In this document: positions 15,027-27,885 of the stretch, piece by piece | Layout: each line of letters opens with the position of its first letter | Numbering within the stretch: the first letter of the stretch is position 1 | Assembly (NCBI RefSeq): GCF_032444005.1 | Contig: NC_091288.1 | Span: 198,400,001 to 198,464,000, forward strand | Length of the DNA stretch: 64,000 bases | Direction: 5' to 3' | Source: Ranitomeya imitator | Taxonomy: Eukaryota | Program-made: the position numbers and the translations under genes | Notes under the pieces: model-generated | Seen by the model: the letters and a program-made list of their open reading frames with translations, nothing else | Told to the model about the DNA's origin: nothing | Database searches by the model: none

Positions 15027-15819
15027 ACCAAATCCTCCCACAAATGAGCCGAGTCCTGAACGGTCTCTCTTCTGCGCGTATTCTCCATATACGGAGCGCG
15101 GTCAGGAAGGGTAATAGCCGGCTGCTGTGTCCGATATTGTAGGTGATCAGCGATATTCCAGTTACCGCTCCGCGCATCCTTTATTCTCACCAAGTCCAAA
15201 AGTGCGACATCAATTACATGACTGACGTTTTATAAGGACAGGGTAAAGTGTGCGCTGTGCACAGCCCGGGTCTTTGGTGGTGGAGGCGCGGTTTCTGTAC
15301 AGCGCAGACGTAAATGGGGTCCTAGTGCCGCCTCTGCAGTCTTGCGGCTTTAGGTTGTAATTATCATATATTTGAGTTTTCTCATCTTATCTGTGGCTGG
15401 TGCCGCCGGGGGTCTGGTTACATACAGCTCCCTGCTCTGCAGTGACCGGTAATGGCCACCAGTCGGGCACCACGTGTAATGATGAGTGACTGCCGGGGAT
15501 CAGATGAGTTATCTGTAGATCAGTGTCCTTAAAATGTATTTTTTATTCTACTTTATAACAAGCTGGAAAATAACAACCGAAACTACAATGGAAGTAAAAA
15601 TCAAAATAACCAACAGATCTAAGCGACGCTGAGATGAGAAGAATAGAGAAGCGGGAAAAGAAGAGCACAATAAGTGGAAAATTCAAAATCTCCAACCGTT
15701 CTGTGCTCAACCAATCAGACGAAAGGGAGGAGCTAGGAGCTAATTGCAAAATTTCTACTAGCAATCTCCCCCGGATACGCGTCGGAACAGGTGAATATGC
15801 ATGGCTCACCCTCCCCCGT

Positions 15820-16075
15820 CATACTCACCCTCCTGGCAGCGTCTCTGCAAGTCCCTGCTTCTCCGATGGTCTCTGGTGCCGGCAACTTGTTCCTGTGTTC
15901 GTCATGGTACCGCTCATTAAAGTAATGAATATGCGCTCCACGCCTGTGGGAGTGGAGCCACGTATGTATTCATTACTTTGTTTAGTGGTCACGTGGTACC
16001 ACTCATTACAGGAAGAGATGCAGGCGCCAGAGACTATCTGAGAAGCAGAGACCGCGCCAGTATGAGGTGAGTATG
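15820..16075. repeat. Imperfect ~255-bp palindrome, MITE-core-like
   Basis: Paired arms catactcacc/ggtgagtatg, gcttctc..tctctgg/ccagaga..gagaagc, aaagtaatgaata/tattcattacttt and gctccac/gtggagc. Confidence 0.7.
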
Positions 16076-17419
16076 ATGTGCCAGCCGCCGACCCCCTGGT
16101 ACAATGACTCCAGTATAAGACGAGAGGGGCACTTTCAGCCTAAAAAAAATGGCTGCAAATCTCAGATTATACTCGAATGTATAAGGTAAATGCCTCTGGC
16201 ACTATAGAGGGCGATGTAGTAAGGATTAGAGTTGAGCGACCTTGACCTTTTTAGAGTCGAGCCGGGTTTTGCGAAACCCGACTATGTCCAAAGTCGGGTC
16301 GAGTGAAATCGGCCGATTATGACGTAAAGTCGGGATCGACCGAAACACGAAACCCAATGCAAGTCAATGGGGCAGCATAGTCGGCAGTGAGTGGGGGCCA
16401 GGAAAACACCTAGAGTGCCCATTTTAATGTCAAAACCATCCATTCTTCTTAATGAAGCTTGTCAAGCGTAATTTACCTTAAAATAATTGGAAGGCATTTG
16501 AAATTGGGGGTCATTTGGCTAAAGTTGTGGGGGGTAGGGCTGGTTCAAGTAATTAGTGGGCCCAGTAAATCTGGACCACGTCACGGCAGTGGAGCAGGGA
16601 GAGGTAAGTATTTCAACTTTGCAAGTGCTGTGATCCTGAGCAAGCAGGGGGGGCCCACTCGTTGGCATTGGCACTGGCACAGGGCCCCTCAAAGTACAGC
16701 GGTGTGTTTGCACGGCGGGGGCGCCTCCCACCGGCAGCAACACTTTTGCGTACTATGAGAGGCCCTGTGCCAGTGACGTCGCCAACTAGTATTCCTCCCC
16801 CCACCTGATGAAGGAACCTGCACTTTCATCTGCACCTTCCTCTTTGTCCCCGTGTAAGGTGGTATGGTATGCGGGAAGAGCAACCTGACTTTCAGCAGGG
16901 TCACAATGTTGTTGTGTAGCGTGCACGGGGAATGTTGCGTTATGGGTCAATGTACCAGCAGACTCATCTATCACTGGCTGGGCAATGGGCACGATGAAGT
17001 GGAAACACAGATATAGGCCCAAAGAAGAAAGTGGGCTAAATGCAGTTCAAAATTGGTAACACAGGAATAACCAGGGGGCATTGCAGTGGAGGACAACTGG
17101 AATGAGAGGCTGACACAGAGAGTAGGGCCAAATCAGTAAGTAGTCGAAATGCAGTTCAAAATTGGCAACCGTAGTAAACAGGCGGCACAGCTTTGTTCAG
17201 TGGAGGAGAACATCAAGGAGTGGCAGACACCGATAGTAGGCCCCAACCCAACTAGTAGGCCAAATGCAGTCTAACATTAACAACTACTTAACGAGAGGCT
17301 GAAAATGGAATTTCAGGACAGGAAACCAGGAGAACAGCAAGGAGTGGCAGACACCGATAGTAGGCCCCAAACCAACTAGTACGCCAAATGCAGTTGTTCC
17401 ATTTAACCACAATTTAATG

Positions 17420-17878
17420 AGAGCCTGAAGATAGAAGCTCAGGAAAGGCAACCTGGGGAACACCTTGGAGTGTAACACACCATCTCTCTCCACCCCATAC
17501 CCATTTTGTAGGCCTAATGCTGTGTACTTTTCTACAACTACTAAACGAGAGTCGGAAGACCGAAGCAATGGCAAGGAAACCTGGGGAACACCTTGGAGTG
17601 TAACACACCATCTCTCTCCACCCCATACCCAATTTGTAGGCCTAATGCAGCCTACTTTCCGACACCTACTAAACGAGAGCATGAAGATCGAAGCTCAGGA
17701 AAGGCAACCTGGTGAAAACCTTGGAGTGTAACACAACCTGTCTCTACACCCCATACACAATTAGTAGGCCTAATGCAGCGTAGTTTCCAACAGCTACTAA
17801 ACGAGAGCCGGAAGATCGAAGCTCAGGAAAGGCAACCTGGGGAACACCTTGGAGTGTAACACAACCTCTCTCTACACC
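17420..17878. repeat. ~128-bp tandem repeat (about 4 copies) inside hAT
   Basis: cctggggaacaccttggagtgtaacac recurs at about 17452, 17580, 17709 and 17837. Confidence 0.85.
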
Positions 17879-18329
17879 ACGGAAGGGCTGATTCTTAGGA
17901 AGGAAGGCTGTTGTAAATAAGCATTGCGCGTCCGAGGGTGATTATATTCTTATTCGGTATCTACTCACCCTCGGACGCGCCATGCTTCTTGATTTGTAAT
18001 TAATGTTTATTTGCAATGTGCTTTTGACTTACTCAATTATTTTTTTAATTATTGATTTTATTAAATTAATAGTTTAACATCTTATTGGAAATAATTTAAA
18101 GGAGACGCGACAGGACAACACTCGGTGGATGCCATATCTGTGTTAACAACTCCAAAAAACTTTCAGTTAACTTCTTGCAGGAGAAAGAAATTGTAGCTGT
18201 TGGACCTTTGTAGTACAGTTCCAGATATTTGTTGTGTGTTTGTTTTGATTGTTAAAATGTCTGCATTTGAGATCTCAACACGATCTTATTTTTTATAATC
18301 AAATTAATTTTTTAAATATTTTATTAGGT

Positions 18330-21300
18330 TGGTTCAAGGGGTACACGGGCCGCAGTAGACAGGTCAGTGGAGGCCTAGTGGAAGGAGGGACCACAGACAG
18401 GCATCGAAGGCCTAAAATAATAACACATGGCTGTAGGCAATTTTAAATTGGTTCCAGGGGTACACGGGCAGCAGTGCCCTGGTCAGTGTAGTAGTAGTTG
18501 AAAGAATGGACCGCAGACAGGCATCGAAGGCCTAAAATAAAAAAATTGGGCTGGCTGTAGGCAATTTTAAATTGGTTCCAGGGGTACACGGGCAGCAGTG
18601 GTGTGGTCAGTGGAGGCCTAGTGGAAGGAGTGACCGCAGACAGGCATCGAAGGCCTAAAATATTAACACATGGCTGTAGTCAATTTTAAATTGGTTCCAG
18701 GGGTACTTGGGCAGCAGTGCCCTGGTCAGTGTAGTAGTAGTTGAAAGAATGGACCGCAGACAGGCATCGAAGGCCTAAAATAAAAAAATTGGGCTGGCTG
18801 TAGGCAATTTTAAATTGGTTCCAGGGGTACACGGGCAGCAGTGGTGTGGTCAGTGGAGGCCTAGTGGAAGGAGTGACCGCAGACAGGCATCGAAGGCCTA
18901 AAATAATCACACATGGCTGTAGGCAATTTTAAATTGGTTCCAGGGGTACACGGGCAGCAGTGGTGTGGTCAGTGGAGGCCTAGTGGAAGGAGTGACCGCA
19001 GACAGGCATCGAAGGCCTAAAATAATAACACATGGCTGTAGGCAATTTTAAATTGGTTCCAGGGGTACACGGGCAGCAGTGGTGTGGTCAGTGGAGGCCT
19101 AGTGGAAGGAGTGACCGCAGACAGGCATCGAAGGCCTAAAATAATAACACATGGCTGTAGGCAATTTTAAATTGGTTCCAGGGGTACACGGGCAGCAGTG
19201 CCCTGGTCAGTGTAATAGTAGTTGAAAGAATGGACCGCAGACAGGCATCGAAGGCCTAAAATAAAAAAATTGGGCTGGCTGAAGGCAATTTTAAATTGGT
19301 TCCAGGGGTACACGGGCAGCAGTGGTGTGGTCAGTGGAGGCCTAGTGGAAGGAGTGACCGCAGACAGGCATCGAAGGCCTAAAATAATAACACATGGCTG
19401 TAGGCAATTTTAAATTGGTTCCAGGGTTACACGGGCAGCAGTGGTGTGGTCAGTGGAGGCCTAGTGGAAGGAGTGACCGCAGACAGGCATCGAAGGCCTA
19501 AAATAATCACACATGGCTGTAGGCAATTTTAAATTGGTTCCAGGGGTACACGGGCAGCAGTGGTGTGGTCAGTGGAGGCCTAGTGGAAGGAGTGACCACA
19601 GACAGGCATCGAAGGCCTAAAATATTAACACATGGCTGTAGTCAATTTTAAATTGGTTCCAGGGGTACTTGGGCAGCAGTGCCCTGGTCAGTGTAGTAGT
19701 AGTTGAAAGAATGGACCGCAGACAGGCATCGAAGGCCTAAAATAAAAAAATTGGGCTGGCTGTAGGCAATTTTAAATTGGTTCCAGGGGTACACGGGCAG
19801 CAGTGGTGTGGTCAGTGGAGGCCTAGTGGAAGGAGTGACCGCAGACAGGCATCGAAGGCCTAAAATAATAACACATGGCTGTAGGCAATTTTAAATTGGT
19901 TCCAGGGTTACACGGGCAGCAGTGGTGTGGTCAGTGGAGGCCTAGTGGAAGGAGTGACCGCAGACAGGCATCGAAGGCCTAAAATAATCACACATGGCTG
20001 TAGGCAATTTTAAATTGGTTCCAGGGGTACACGGGCAGCAGTGGTGTGGTCAGTGGAGGCCTAGTGGAAGGAGTGACCACAGACAGGCATCGAAGGCCTA
20101 AAATATTAACACATGGCTGTAGTCAATTTTAAATTGGTTCCAGGGGTACTTGGGCAGCAGTGCCCTGGTCAGTGTAGTAGTAGTTGAAAGAATGGACCGC
20201 AGACAGGCATCGAAGGCCTAAAATAAAAAAATTGGGCTGGCTGTAGGCAATTTTAAATTGGTTCCAGGGGTACACGGGCAGCAGTGGTGTGGTCAGTGGA
20301 GGCCTAGTGGAAGGAGTGACCGCAGACAGGCATCGAAGGCCTAAAATAATAAAACATGGCTGTAGGCAATTTTAAATTGGTTCCAGGGGTACACGGGCAG
20401 CAGTGGTCTGGTCAGTGGAAGTCTAGTGGAAGGAGTGACCGCAGACAGGCTTCGAAGGCCTAACATAACAAACTTGGGCTGGCTGTAGGCACTTTTAAAT
20501 TGGTTCCAGGGGTACATGGGCAGCAGTGTATGGTCAGTGGAAGTCTAGTGGAAGGAGTGACCGCAGACAGGCTTCCAAGGCCTAACATAACAAACTTGGG
20601 CTGGCTGTAGGCACTTTTAAATTGGTTCCAGGGGTACACGGGCAGCAGTGGTCTGGTCAGTGGAAGTCTAGTGGAAGGAGTGACCGCAGACAGGCTTCCA
20701 AGGCCTAACATAACAAACTTGGGCTGGCTGTAGGCACTTTTAAATTGGTTCCAGGGGTACACGGGCAGCAGTGGTCTGGTCAGTGGAAGTCTAGTGGAAG
20801 GAGTGACCGCAGACAGGCTTCGAAGGCCTAACATAACAAACTTGGGCTGGCTGTAGGCACTTTTAAATTGGTTCCAGGGGTACATGGGCAGCAGTGTATG
20901 GTCAGTGGAAGTCTAGTGGAAGGAGTGACCGCAGACAGGCTTCCAAGGCCTAACATAACAAACTTGGGCTGGCTGTAGGCACTTTTAAATTGGTTCCAGG
21001 GGTACACGGGCAGCAGTGGTCTGGTCAGTGGAAGTCTAGTGGAAGGAGTGACCGCAGACAGGCTTCCAAGGCCTAACATAACAAACTTGGGCTGGCTGTA
21101 GGCACTTTTAAATTGGTTCCAGGGGTACACGGGCAGCAGTGGTCTGGTCAGTGGAAGTCTAGTGGAAGGAGTGACCGCAGACAGGCTTCGAAGGCCTAAC
21201 ATAACAAACTTGGGCTGGCTGTAGGCACTTTTAAATTGGTTCCAGGGGTACATGGGCAGCAGTGGTCTGGTCAGTGGAAGTCTAGTGGAAGGAGTGACCG

Positions 21301-21825
21301 CAGACAGGCTTCCAAGGCCTAACATAACAAACTTGGGCTGGCTGTAGGCACTTTTAAATTGGTTCCAGGGGTACACGGGCAGCAGTGGTCTGGTCAGTGG
21401 AAGTCTAGTGGAAGGAGTGACCGCAGACAGGCTTCGAAGGCCTAACATAACAAACTTGGGCTGGCTGTAGGCACTTTTAAATTGGTTCCAGGGGTACATG
21501 GGCAGCAGTGGTCTGGTCAGTGGAAGTCTAGTGGAAGGAGTGACCGCAGACAGGCTTCCAAGGCCTAACATAACAAAATTGGGCTGGCTGTAGGCACTTT
21601 AAATTGGTTCCAGGGGTACATGGGCAGCAGTGTATGGTCAGTGGAAGTCTAGTGGAAGGAGTGACGGCAGACAGTCTTCGAAGGCCTAACATAACAAAAT
21701 TGGGCTGACTGTAGGCACTTTTAAATTGGTTCCAGGGTAACACGGCCAGCAGTGGCCTGGTCAGTGTAGTAGTTGTAGAAAGAAGGGACCGCAGACAGGC
21801 TTCGAAGGCCTAACATAACAAAAAT
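18330..21825. repeat. ~120-bp satellite (about 29 copies) inside hAT, 3' of the transposase
   Basis: aaattggttccaggggtacacgggcagcagtgg...gaccgcagacaggc recurs with about 120-123 bp period, in several subtypes. Confidence 0.93.
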
Positions 21826-22240
21826 GTCAAAACAATGGTATTGTCAGTGCCAGGCATTGAAGGATGTCAGCGCCTAGACTACACATTGGTGAAGCTGTGA
21901 GAGATAATTTTGCTAGTGGTAGAGCACTGTTTGAGCTGGGGGGGGGAACTGTCTTGTGGCCGGCGGTACAGGCACAGGGCCCCTCATATTACAACGGTGT
22001 GTCTGACGTTGGGTGCGCACCACCACCGCCAGAGACACTTTATTGTACTATGAGGGACCCAGTGGCAGTGCCGTCGACCAAAAGCGGCCACACCCACCTC
22101 TTCAGACAAACAGCACTCTCAAGGGTCCAAGCGCAAAGTGGCGATAGCACGGCCCCGTGTGGGGAGTTTGGCCATTTCGTGAGGTGGAAACATGTCGTAT
22201 GCTGGACAATCAGGTGAAGAAAATTACGAGATTGGAAAAG

Positions 22241-25200
22241 TCATTCAGAATAGTCCACAGGCAAGACCTTTTCATAGGAAAGCTTGGTGTCAGCCGGGCA
22301 GGGTGGGGCAAAAGATTTTGAAATCCAGTTGTGGTTCATTTTAATGAAGGTTAGATCATCTACATTTTGGGTAGCCAGACGAGTCCTTTTTTCTGTTAGT
22401 ATTGAACCTGCAGCACTGAATACTCTTTCTGATAGGACACTAGCTGCCGGGCAAGCAAGCTCCTGCAATGCATATTCTGCCAATTCTGGCCAGGTGTCTA
22501 ATTTGGATGCCCAGTAATCAAATGGGAATGACGGTTGAGGGAGAACGTCGATAAGGGATGAAAAATAGTTTGTAACCATACTGGACAAATGTTGTCTCCT
22601 GTCACTTTGAATTGATGCTGCAGTACCTGTCCTGTCTGCGGTCATAGAAAAATCACTCCACAACCTGGTCAGAAAACCCCTCTGGCCAACGCCACTTCTG
22701 ATTTCTGCCCCTCTAACACCTCTGGTCTGCTGGCCCCTGGAGCTCGTGTGAGAACGATCACGGGCGCTGTGTGCAGGGAATGCCAGAAGCAAACGGTCAA
22801 CAAGAGTTGATTGTTTTGTTGCTAATATTAGTTCCAAGTTCTCATGTGGCATAATATTTTGCAATTTGCCTTTATAGCGAGGATCAAGGAGGCAGGCCAA
22901 CCAGTAATCGTCATCGTTCATCATTTTTGTAATGCGTGTGTCCCTTTTGAGGATACGCAAGGCATAATCCGCCATGTGGGCCAAAGTTCCCGTTGTCAAA
23001 TCTGCGGTTGTGCTTGGTTGAGGGGCAGTTGCAGGCAAATCTACGTCACTTGTGTCCCTCAAAAAACCAGAACCCGGCCTTGCCACGCCACCAATTTCCC
23101 GTGCCCCCGGGAAAGCTTCCTCATTAAAAATATACTCATCCCCATCATCCTCCTCATCCTCCACCTCCTCTTCGCCCGGTACCTCGTCATGTACACTGCC
23201 CTGACCAGACAATCGCTGACTGTCATCAAGGCTTTCCTCTTCCTCTGGTGCAGACGCCTGATCCTTTATGTGCGTCAAACTTTGCATCAGCAGACGCATT
23301 AGGGGGATGCTCATGCTTATTATGGCGTTGTCTGCACTAACCAGCCGTGTGCATTCCTCAAAACACTGAAGGACTTGACACATGTCTTGAATCTTCGACC
23401 ACTGCACACCTGACAACTCCATGTCTGCCATCCTACTGCCTGCCCGTGTATGTGTATCCTCCCACAAAAGCATAACAGCCCGCCTCTGTTCGCACAGTCT
23501 CTGAAGCATGTGCAGTGTTGAGTTCCACCTTGTTGCAACGTCTATGATTAGGCGATGCTGGGGAAGGTTCAAAGAACGCTGATAGGTCTGCATACGGCTG
23601 GAGTGTACAGGCGAACGGCGGATATGTGCGCAAAGTCCACGCACTTTGAGGAGCAGGTCGGATAACCCCGGATAACTTTTCAGGAAGCACTGCACCACCA
23701 GGTTTAAGGTGTGAGCCAGGCAAGGAATGTGTTTCAGTTGGGAAAGGGAGATGGCAGCCATGAAATTCCTTCCGTTATCACTCACTACCTTGCCTGCCTC
23801 AAGATCTACAGTGCCCAGCCACGACTGCGTTTCTTGCTGCAAGAACTCGGACAGAACTTCCGCGGTGTGTCTATTGTCGCCCAAACACTTCATAGCCAAT
23901 ACAGCCTGCTGACGTATGCCAGTAGCTGCCCCATAATGGGAGACCTGGTGTGCAACAGTGGCAGGTGCGGATGGAGTGTTTGTGCGACTGCGGTCTGTGG
24001 ACGAGCTCTTGCTTCTGCAGGAGGACGAGGAGGAGGAGGAGGAGGAGGGGGTGCGAACGGCTACAGACAACTGTTTACTAGACCGTGGGCTAGGCAGAAC
24101 TGTCCCAAACTTGCTGTCCCCTGTGGACCCTGAATCCACCACATTTACCCAGTGTGCCGTGATGGACACGTAACGTCCCTGGCCATGCCTACTGGTCCAT
24201 GCATCTGTTGTCAGGTGCACCTTTGTGCTCACAGATTGCCTGAGTGCATGGACGATGCGCTCTTTAACATGCTGGTGGAGGGCTGGGATGGCTTTTCTGG
24301 AAAAAAAGTGTCGACTGGGTAGCTCGTAGCGTGGTACAGCGTAGTCCATCAGGTCTTTGAAAGCTTCGCTTTCAACTAACCGGTAGGGCATCATCTCTAA
24401 CGAGATTAGTCTAGCTATGTGGGCGTTCAAACCCTGTGTACGCGGATGCGAGGCTAAGTACTTCCTTTTTCTAACCATAGTCTCATGTAGGGTGAGCTGG
24501 ACTGGAGAGATGGAGATCGTGGAACTAGCGGGGGTGCCGGTGGACATGGCAGACTGAGAGACGGTGGGAGATGGTATTGTTGCCGCCGGTGCCCTAGATG
24601 CAGTGTTTCCTACTACGAAACTGGTGATTCCCTGACCCTGACTGCTTTGGCCTGGCAAAGATACCTGCACAGATACAGCAGGTGGTGCGCTAAATGGTGG
24701 TCCTACACTGCCGGAAGGGATGTTGCGTTGATGACTAGCTTCATTGGCCGAGGGTGCAACAACCTTAAGGGACGTTTGGTAGTTAGTCCAAGCTTTCAAA
24801 TGCATGGTGGTTAAATGTCTATGCATGCAACTAGTATTGAGACATTTCAGATGCTGACCTCTGCTTAAGGAAGTAGAACATTTTTGACAGATGACTTTGC
24901 GCTGATCAATTGGATGTTGTTTAAAAAAATGCCAGACTGCACTCTTTCTAGCATCGGATACCTTTTCAGGCATTGCAGACTGAGCTTTAACCGGATGGCC
25001 ACGCTGTCCTCCACCAGGTTTTGGCTTTGCCACGCGTTTTGGGCAAGATACGGGCCCGGCAGATGGAACCTGTGGCGATGTTGATGCCTGCTGCGGCCCC
25101 TCCTCCTCCTCTGCTTCAGAACTGCTGCCGCCTGCACCCTGTTCCCCCAATGGCTGCCAATCGGGGTCAAGAACTGGGTCATCTAATAACTCTTCTTGTA

Positions 25201-25861
25201 CCTCCTGCGCAACTTCGTCTGTGTCACCGTGTCGTTCGGTGGTATAGCGTTCGTGATGGGGCAACATAGTCTCATCAGGGTCTGATTCTTGATCAGCACC
25301 CTGCGAGGGCAATGTTGTGGTCTGAGTCAAAGGACCAGCATAGTAGTCTGGCTGTGGCTGTGCGTCAGTGCACTCCATGTCAGATTCAATTTGTAATGGG
25401 CATGGACTGTTAACTGCTTCACTTTCTAAGCCAGGGACGGTATGTGTAAAGAGCTCCATGGAGTAACCCGTTGTGTCGCCTGCTGCATTCTTCTCTGTTG
25501 TTGTTTTTGCTGAAGAGGACATGGAAGTGACTTGTCCCTGACCGTGAACATCCACTAACGACGCGCTGCTTTTACTTTTACCAGTTTCACGAGAGGAGGC
25601 AAAAGAGCTAGAGGCTGAGTCAGCAAGATAAGCCAAAACTTGCTCTTGCTGCTCCGGCTTTAAAAGCGGTTTTCCTAATCCCAGAAAAGGGAGCGTTCGA
25701 GGCCTTGTGTAGCCGGACGACGAACCTGGCTCCACAGCTCCAGACTTAGGTGCAATATTTTTTTCCCCACGACCACCTGATGCTCCACCACTACCACTAC
25801 CCTCATTACCAGCTGACAATGAACGCCCCCGGCCACGACCTCTTCCACTAGACTTCCTCAT
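22241..25861 (-). CDS. hAT transposase (BED zinc finger, DDE core, C-terminal dimerisation domain), 1206 aa
   Basis: SAVWHFF..C..C...HL...H BED finger, TTDAWTS, VVSDNGRN, CLAHTLNLVV, TRWNST and ACPAASVLSERVFS. Uninterrupted ORF. Confidence 0.95.
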   Translation of the reverse strand: MRKSSGRGRGRGRSLSAGNEGSGSGGASGGRGEKNIAPKSGAVEPGSSSGYTRPRTLPFLGLGKPLLKPEQQEQVLAYLADSASSSFASSRETGKSKSSASLVDVHGQGQVTSMSSSAKTTTEKNAAGDTTGYSMELFTHTVPGLESEAVNSPCPLQIESDMECTDAQPQPDYYAGPLTQTTTLPSQGADQESDPDETMLPHHERYTTERHGDTDEVAQEVQEELLDDPVLDPDWQPLGEQGAGGSSSEAEEEEGPQQASTSPQVPSAGPVSCPKRVAKPKPGGGQRGHPVKAQSAMPEKVSDARKSAVWHFFKQHPIDQRKVICQKCSTSLSRGQHLKCLNTSCMHRHLTTMHLKAWTNYQTSLKVVAPSANEASHQRNIPSGSVGPPFSAPPAVSVQVSLPGQSSQGQGITSFVVGNTASRAPAATIPSPTVSQSAMSTGTPASSTISISPVQLTLHETMVRKRKYLASHPRTQGLNAHIARLISLEMMPYRLVESEAFKDLMDYAVPRYELPSRHFFSRKAIPALHQHVKERIVHALRQSVSTKVHLTTDAWTSRHGQGRYVSITAHWVNVVDSGSTGDSKFGTVLPSPRSSKQLSVAVRTPSSSSSSSSSCRSKSSSTDRSRTNTPSAPATVAHQVSHYGAATGIRQQAVLAMKCLGDNRHTAEVLSEFLQQETQSWLGTVDLEAGKVVSDNGRNFMAAISLSQLKHIPCLAHTLNLVVQCFLKSYPGLSDLLLKVRGLCAHIRRSPVHSSRMQTYQRSLNLPQHRLIIDVATRWNSTLHMLQRLCEQRRAVMLLWEDTHTRAGSRMADMELSGVQWSKIQDMCQVLQCFEECTRLVSADNAIISMSIPLMRLLMQSLTHIKDQASAPEEEESLDDSQRLSGQGSVHDEVPGEEEVEDEEDDGDEYIFNEEAFPGAREIGGVARPGSGFLRDTSDVDLPATAPQPSTTADLTTGTLAHMADYALRILKRDTRITKMMNDDDYWLACLLDPRYKGKLQNIMPHENLELILATKQSTLVDRLLLAFPAHSARDRSHTSSRGQQTRGVRGAEIRSGVGQRGFLTRLWSDFSMTADRTGTAASIQSDRRQHLSSMVTNYFSSLIDVLPQPSFPFDYWASKLDTWPELAEYALQELACPAASVLSERVFSAAGSILTEKRTRLATQNVDDLTFIKMNHNWISKSFAPPCPADTKLSYEKVLPVDYSE

Positions 25862-26049
25862 TGTTTTAAAAACGTAACCAAACTAACGTTATTTGTTGCA
25901 GTCACACAACTTACACGGTGAGCTATAACTTCAGTATGATTTAGCTACCCCTTTACAGGTTGGTGAGACCACAGCGAAAATCAGGCCCAATGTTACACAC
26001 TCTTTTTTTGGTGGCTGCAAATTAGAGAGATGCCCCACACGCAGGACTG

Positions 26050-27766
26050 TCACTGAAGCACAAATGTTAATATTAATGTCACACTATTATTTTTTTTTTA
26101 TTTTTATTTTTTTCAGGAACACTTTAGAAACCCCCCCCCCAAAAAAAACATTGATTTTTGCAGGGAGAATTTAGAAAACAAATGTAACAAACTATATGCT
26201 TTCTATGGGCCACTGAGTGAGAGATGACGCACACAGGAATCAGGAGTGGCACACAAGCCCAGAGGCCAATATTTTTCTACCAATGATTGATGGAGTTATT
26301 TTCTCTGGTAGATTTTGGAACCCAAATCAAGGAAAAAAAATATAGGCTTTCTATGGACCACAATTGGAGAGAGAGAGAGAGAGAGAGAGATGGCACACCC
26401 AGGAGTCAAGACTGGCACACAAGCAGAAAGGCCAATATTAATCTCCCACTGTTTTTTTTTTTTTTTTTTTTTCAGGGAGACTTTAGAAAAAAAAATAATA
26501 AAAAAAATATGATTTTATCAGGAAGAATTTAGAAACCAAATAAAATAAAATGATTTTTTCAGGGAGAATTTATAAAACAAATAAAACCAAAAATAGGCGT
26601 TCTATGGCCCACTGACTGAGAGATGACGCACCCAGGAGTCAAGACTGGCACACAAGCAGAAAGGCCAATATTAATCTCCCACTGTTTTTTTTTTTTTTTT
26701 TTTTTTTTTTCAGGGAGACTTTAGAAAAAAAAATAATAAAAAAAATATGATTTTATCAGGAAGAATTTAGAAACCAAATAAAATAAAATGATTTTTTCAG
26801 GGAGAATTTAGAAAACAAATAAAACCAAAAATAGGCGTTCTATGGCCCACTGACTAAGAGAGAGAGAGAGAGATGGAACGCTTAGTACTGGCACACAAGC
26901 CCAAAGGGCAATATTAATCTCCCTTTTTTTTTCCAGGGAGAATTTCTAAAACCCCCCCCAAAAAAAAAATAGGCTTTCTATGGCCCACTATTTGTGAGAG
27001 AGATGGGACGCTCAGGACTGGCACAGATGGCACGCTCAGGACTGGCACAGAAGCCCAGAGGCCAATATTAATCTCCCTTTTTTTCTGGGAGAATTTATAA
27101 AACCAAAAAAATATTTAAATAGGCTTTCTATGGCCCACTATTTGTGAGAGAGATGGCACGCTCAGGACTGGCACAGATGGCACGCTCACAACTGGCACAC
27201 AAGCCCAGAGGCCAATATTAATCTCCCTTTTTTCAGGGAAAATTTATAAAACCAAAAAAAAATTTAAATAGGCTTTCTATGGCCCACTATTTGTGAGAGA
27301 GATGGCACGCTCAGGACTGGCACAGATGGCACGCTCACAACTGGCACACAAGCCCAGAGGCCAATATTAATCTCCCTTTTTTCAGGGAAAATTTATAAAA
27401 CAAAAAAAAAAATTAAATAGGCTTTCTATGGCCCACTATTTGTGAGAGAGATGGCACGCTCAGGACTGGCACAGATGGCACGCTCACAACTGGCACACAA
27501 GCCCAGAGGCCAATATCAATCTCCCTTTTTTTCAGGGAGAATTTATAAAACCAAAAAAAAAATTAAATAGGCTTTCTATGGCCCACTATTTGTGAGAGAG
27601 ATGGCACGCTCAGGGCTGGCACAGATGGCACGCTCAGGACTGGCACACAAGCCCAGAGGCCAATATTAATCTCCCTTTTTTTCAGGGAGAATTTATAAAA
27701 CCCAAAAAAAAATAAAATAGGCTTTCTATGGCCCACTATTTGTGAGAGAGATGGCACACTCAGGAC
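26050..27766. repeat. Poly(A)-rich subterminal tandem repeats of hAT 5' region
   Basis: ctggcacacaagcccagaggccaatattaatctccc...ggctttctatggcccact recurs many times. Confidence 0.85.
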
Positions 27767-27885
27767 CTCGTAGATCCAGGAAGCGGCTAGTCTGCTGTGC
27801 CAGGACTGTAAACTCCGCTCCTCCACATCTGTCCACACACTCAAAGGCTCTTCTAAGAGCTCCCACATCCTCCTCCTAAGAGCCG
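27764..27885 (+). pseudogene. Degenerate H2B 3' remnant with stem-loop and HDE
   Basis: ATC CAG GAA GCG GCT AGT CTG CTG -TG CCA GGA resembles H2B IQTAVRLLLPG. The 11-mer ctccgctcctc is shared with the H2B 3' UTR. Stem-loop ggctct-tcta-agagct at 27846-27861 and aagagcc at 27878. Confidence 0.65.

Larger units (their letters stand above)
16227..27766 (-). mobile_element. hAT DNA transposon copy 1, 5'-truncated
   Basis: Terminus tagagttgagcga at 16227 resembles tagggttgagcga at 53250. It is the reverse complement of the 53250+ element up to caggac (27766), and about 990 bp of the 5' end is absent. Confidence 0.9.

Noticed and set aside
20460-21743. ORFs in the 120-bp satellite
   Set aside because: They are products of tandem repeat periodicity and have no coding signature.
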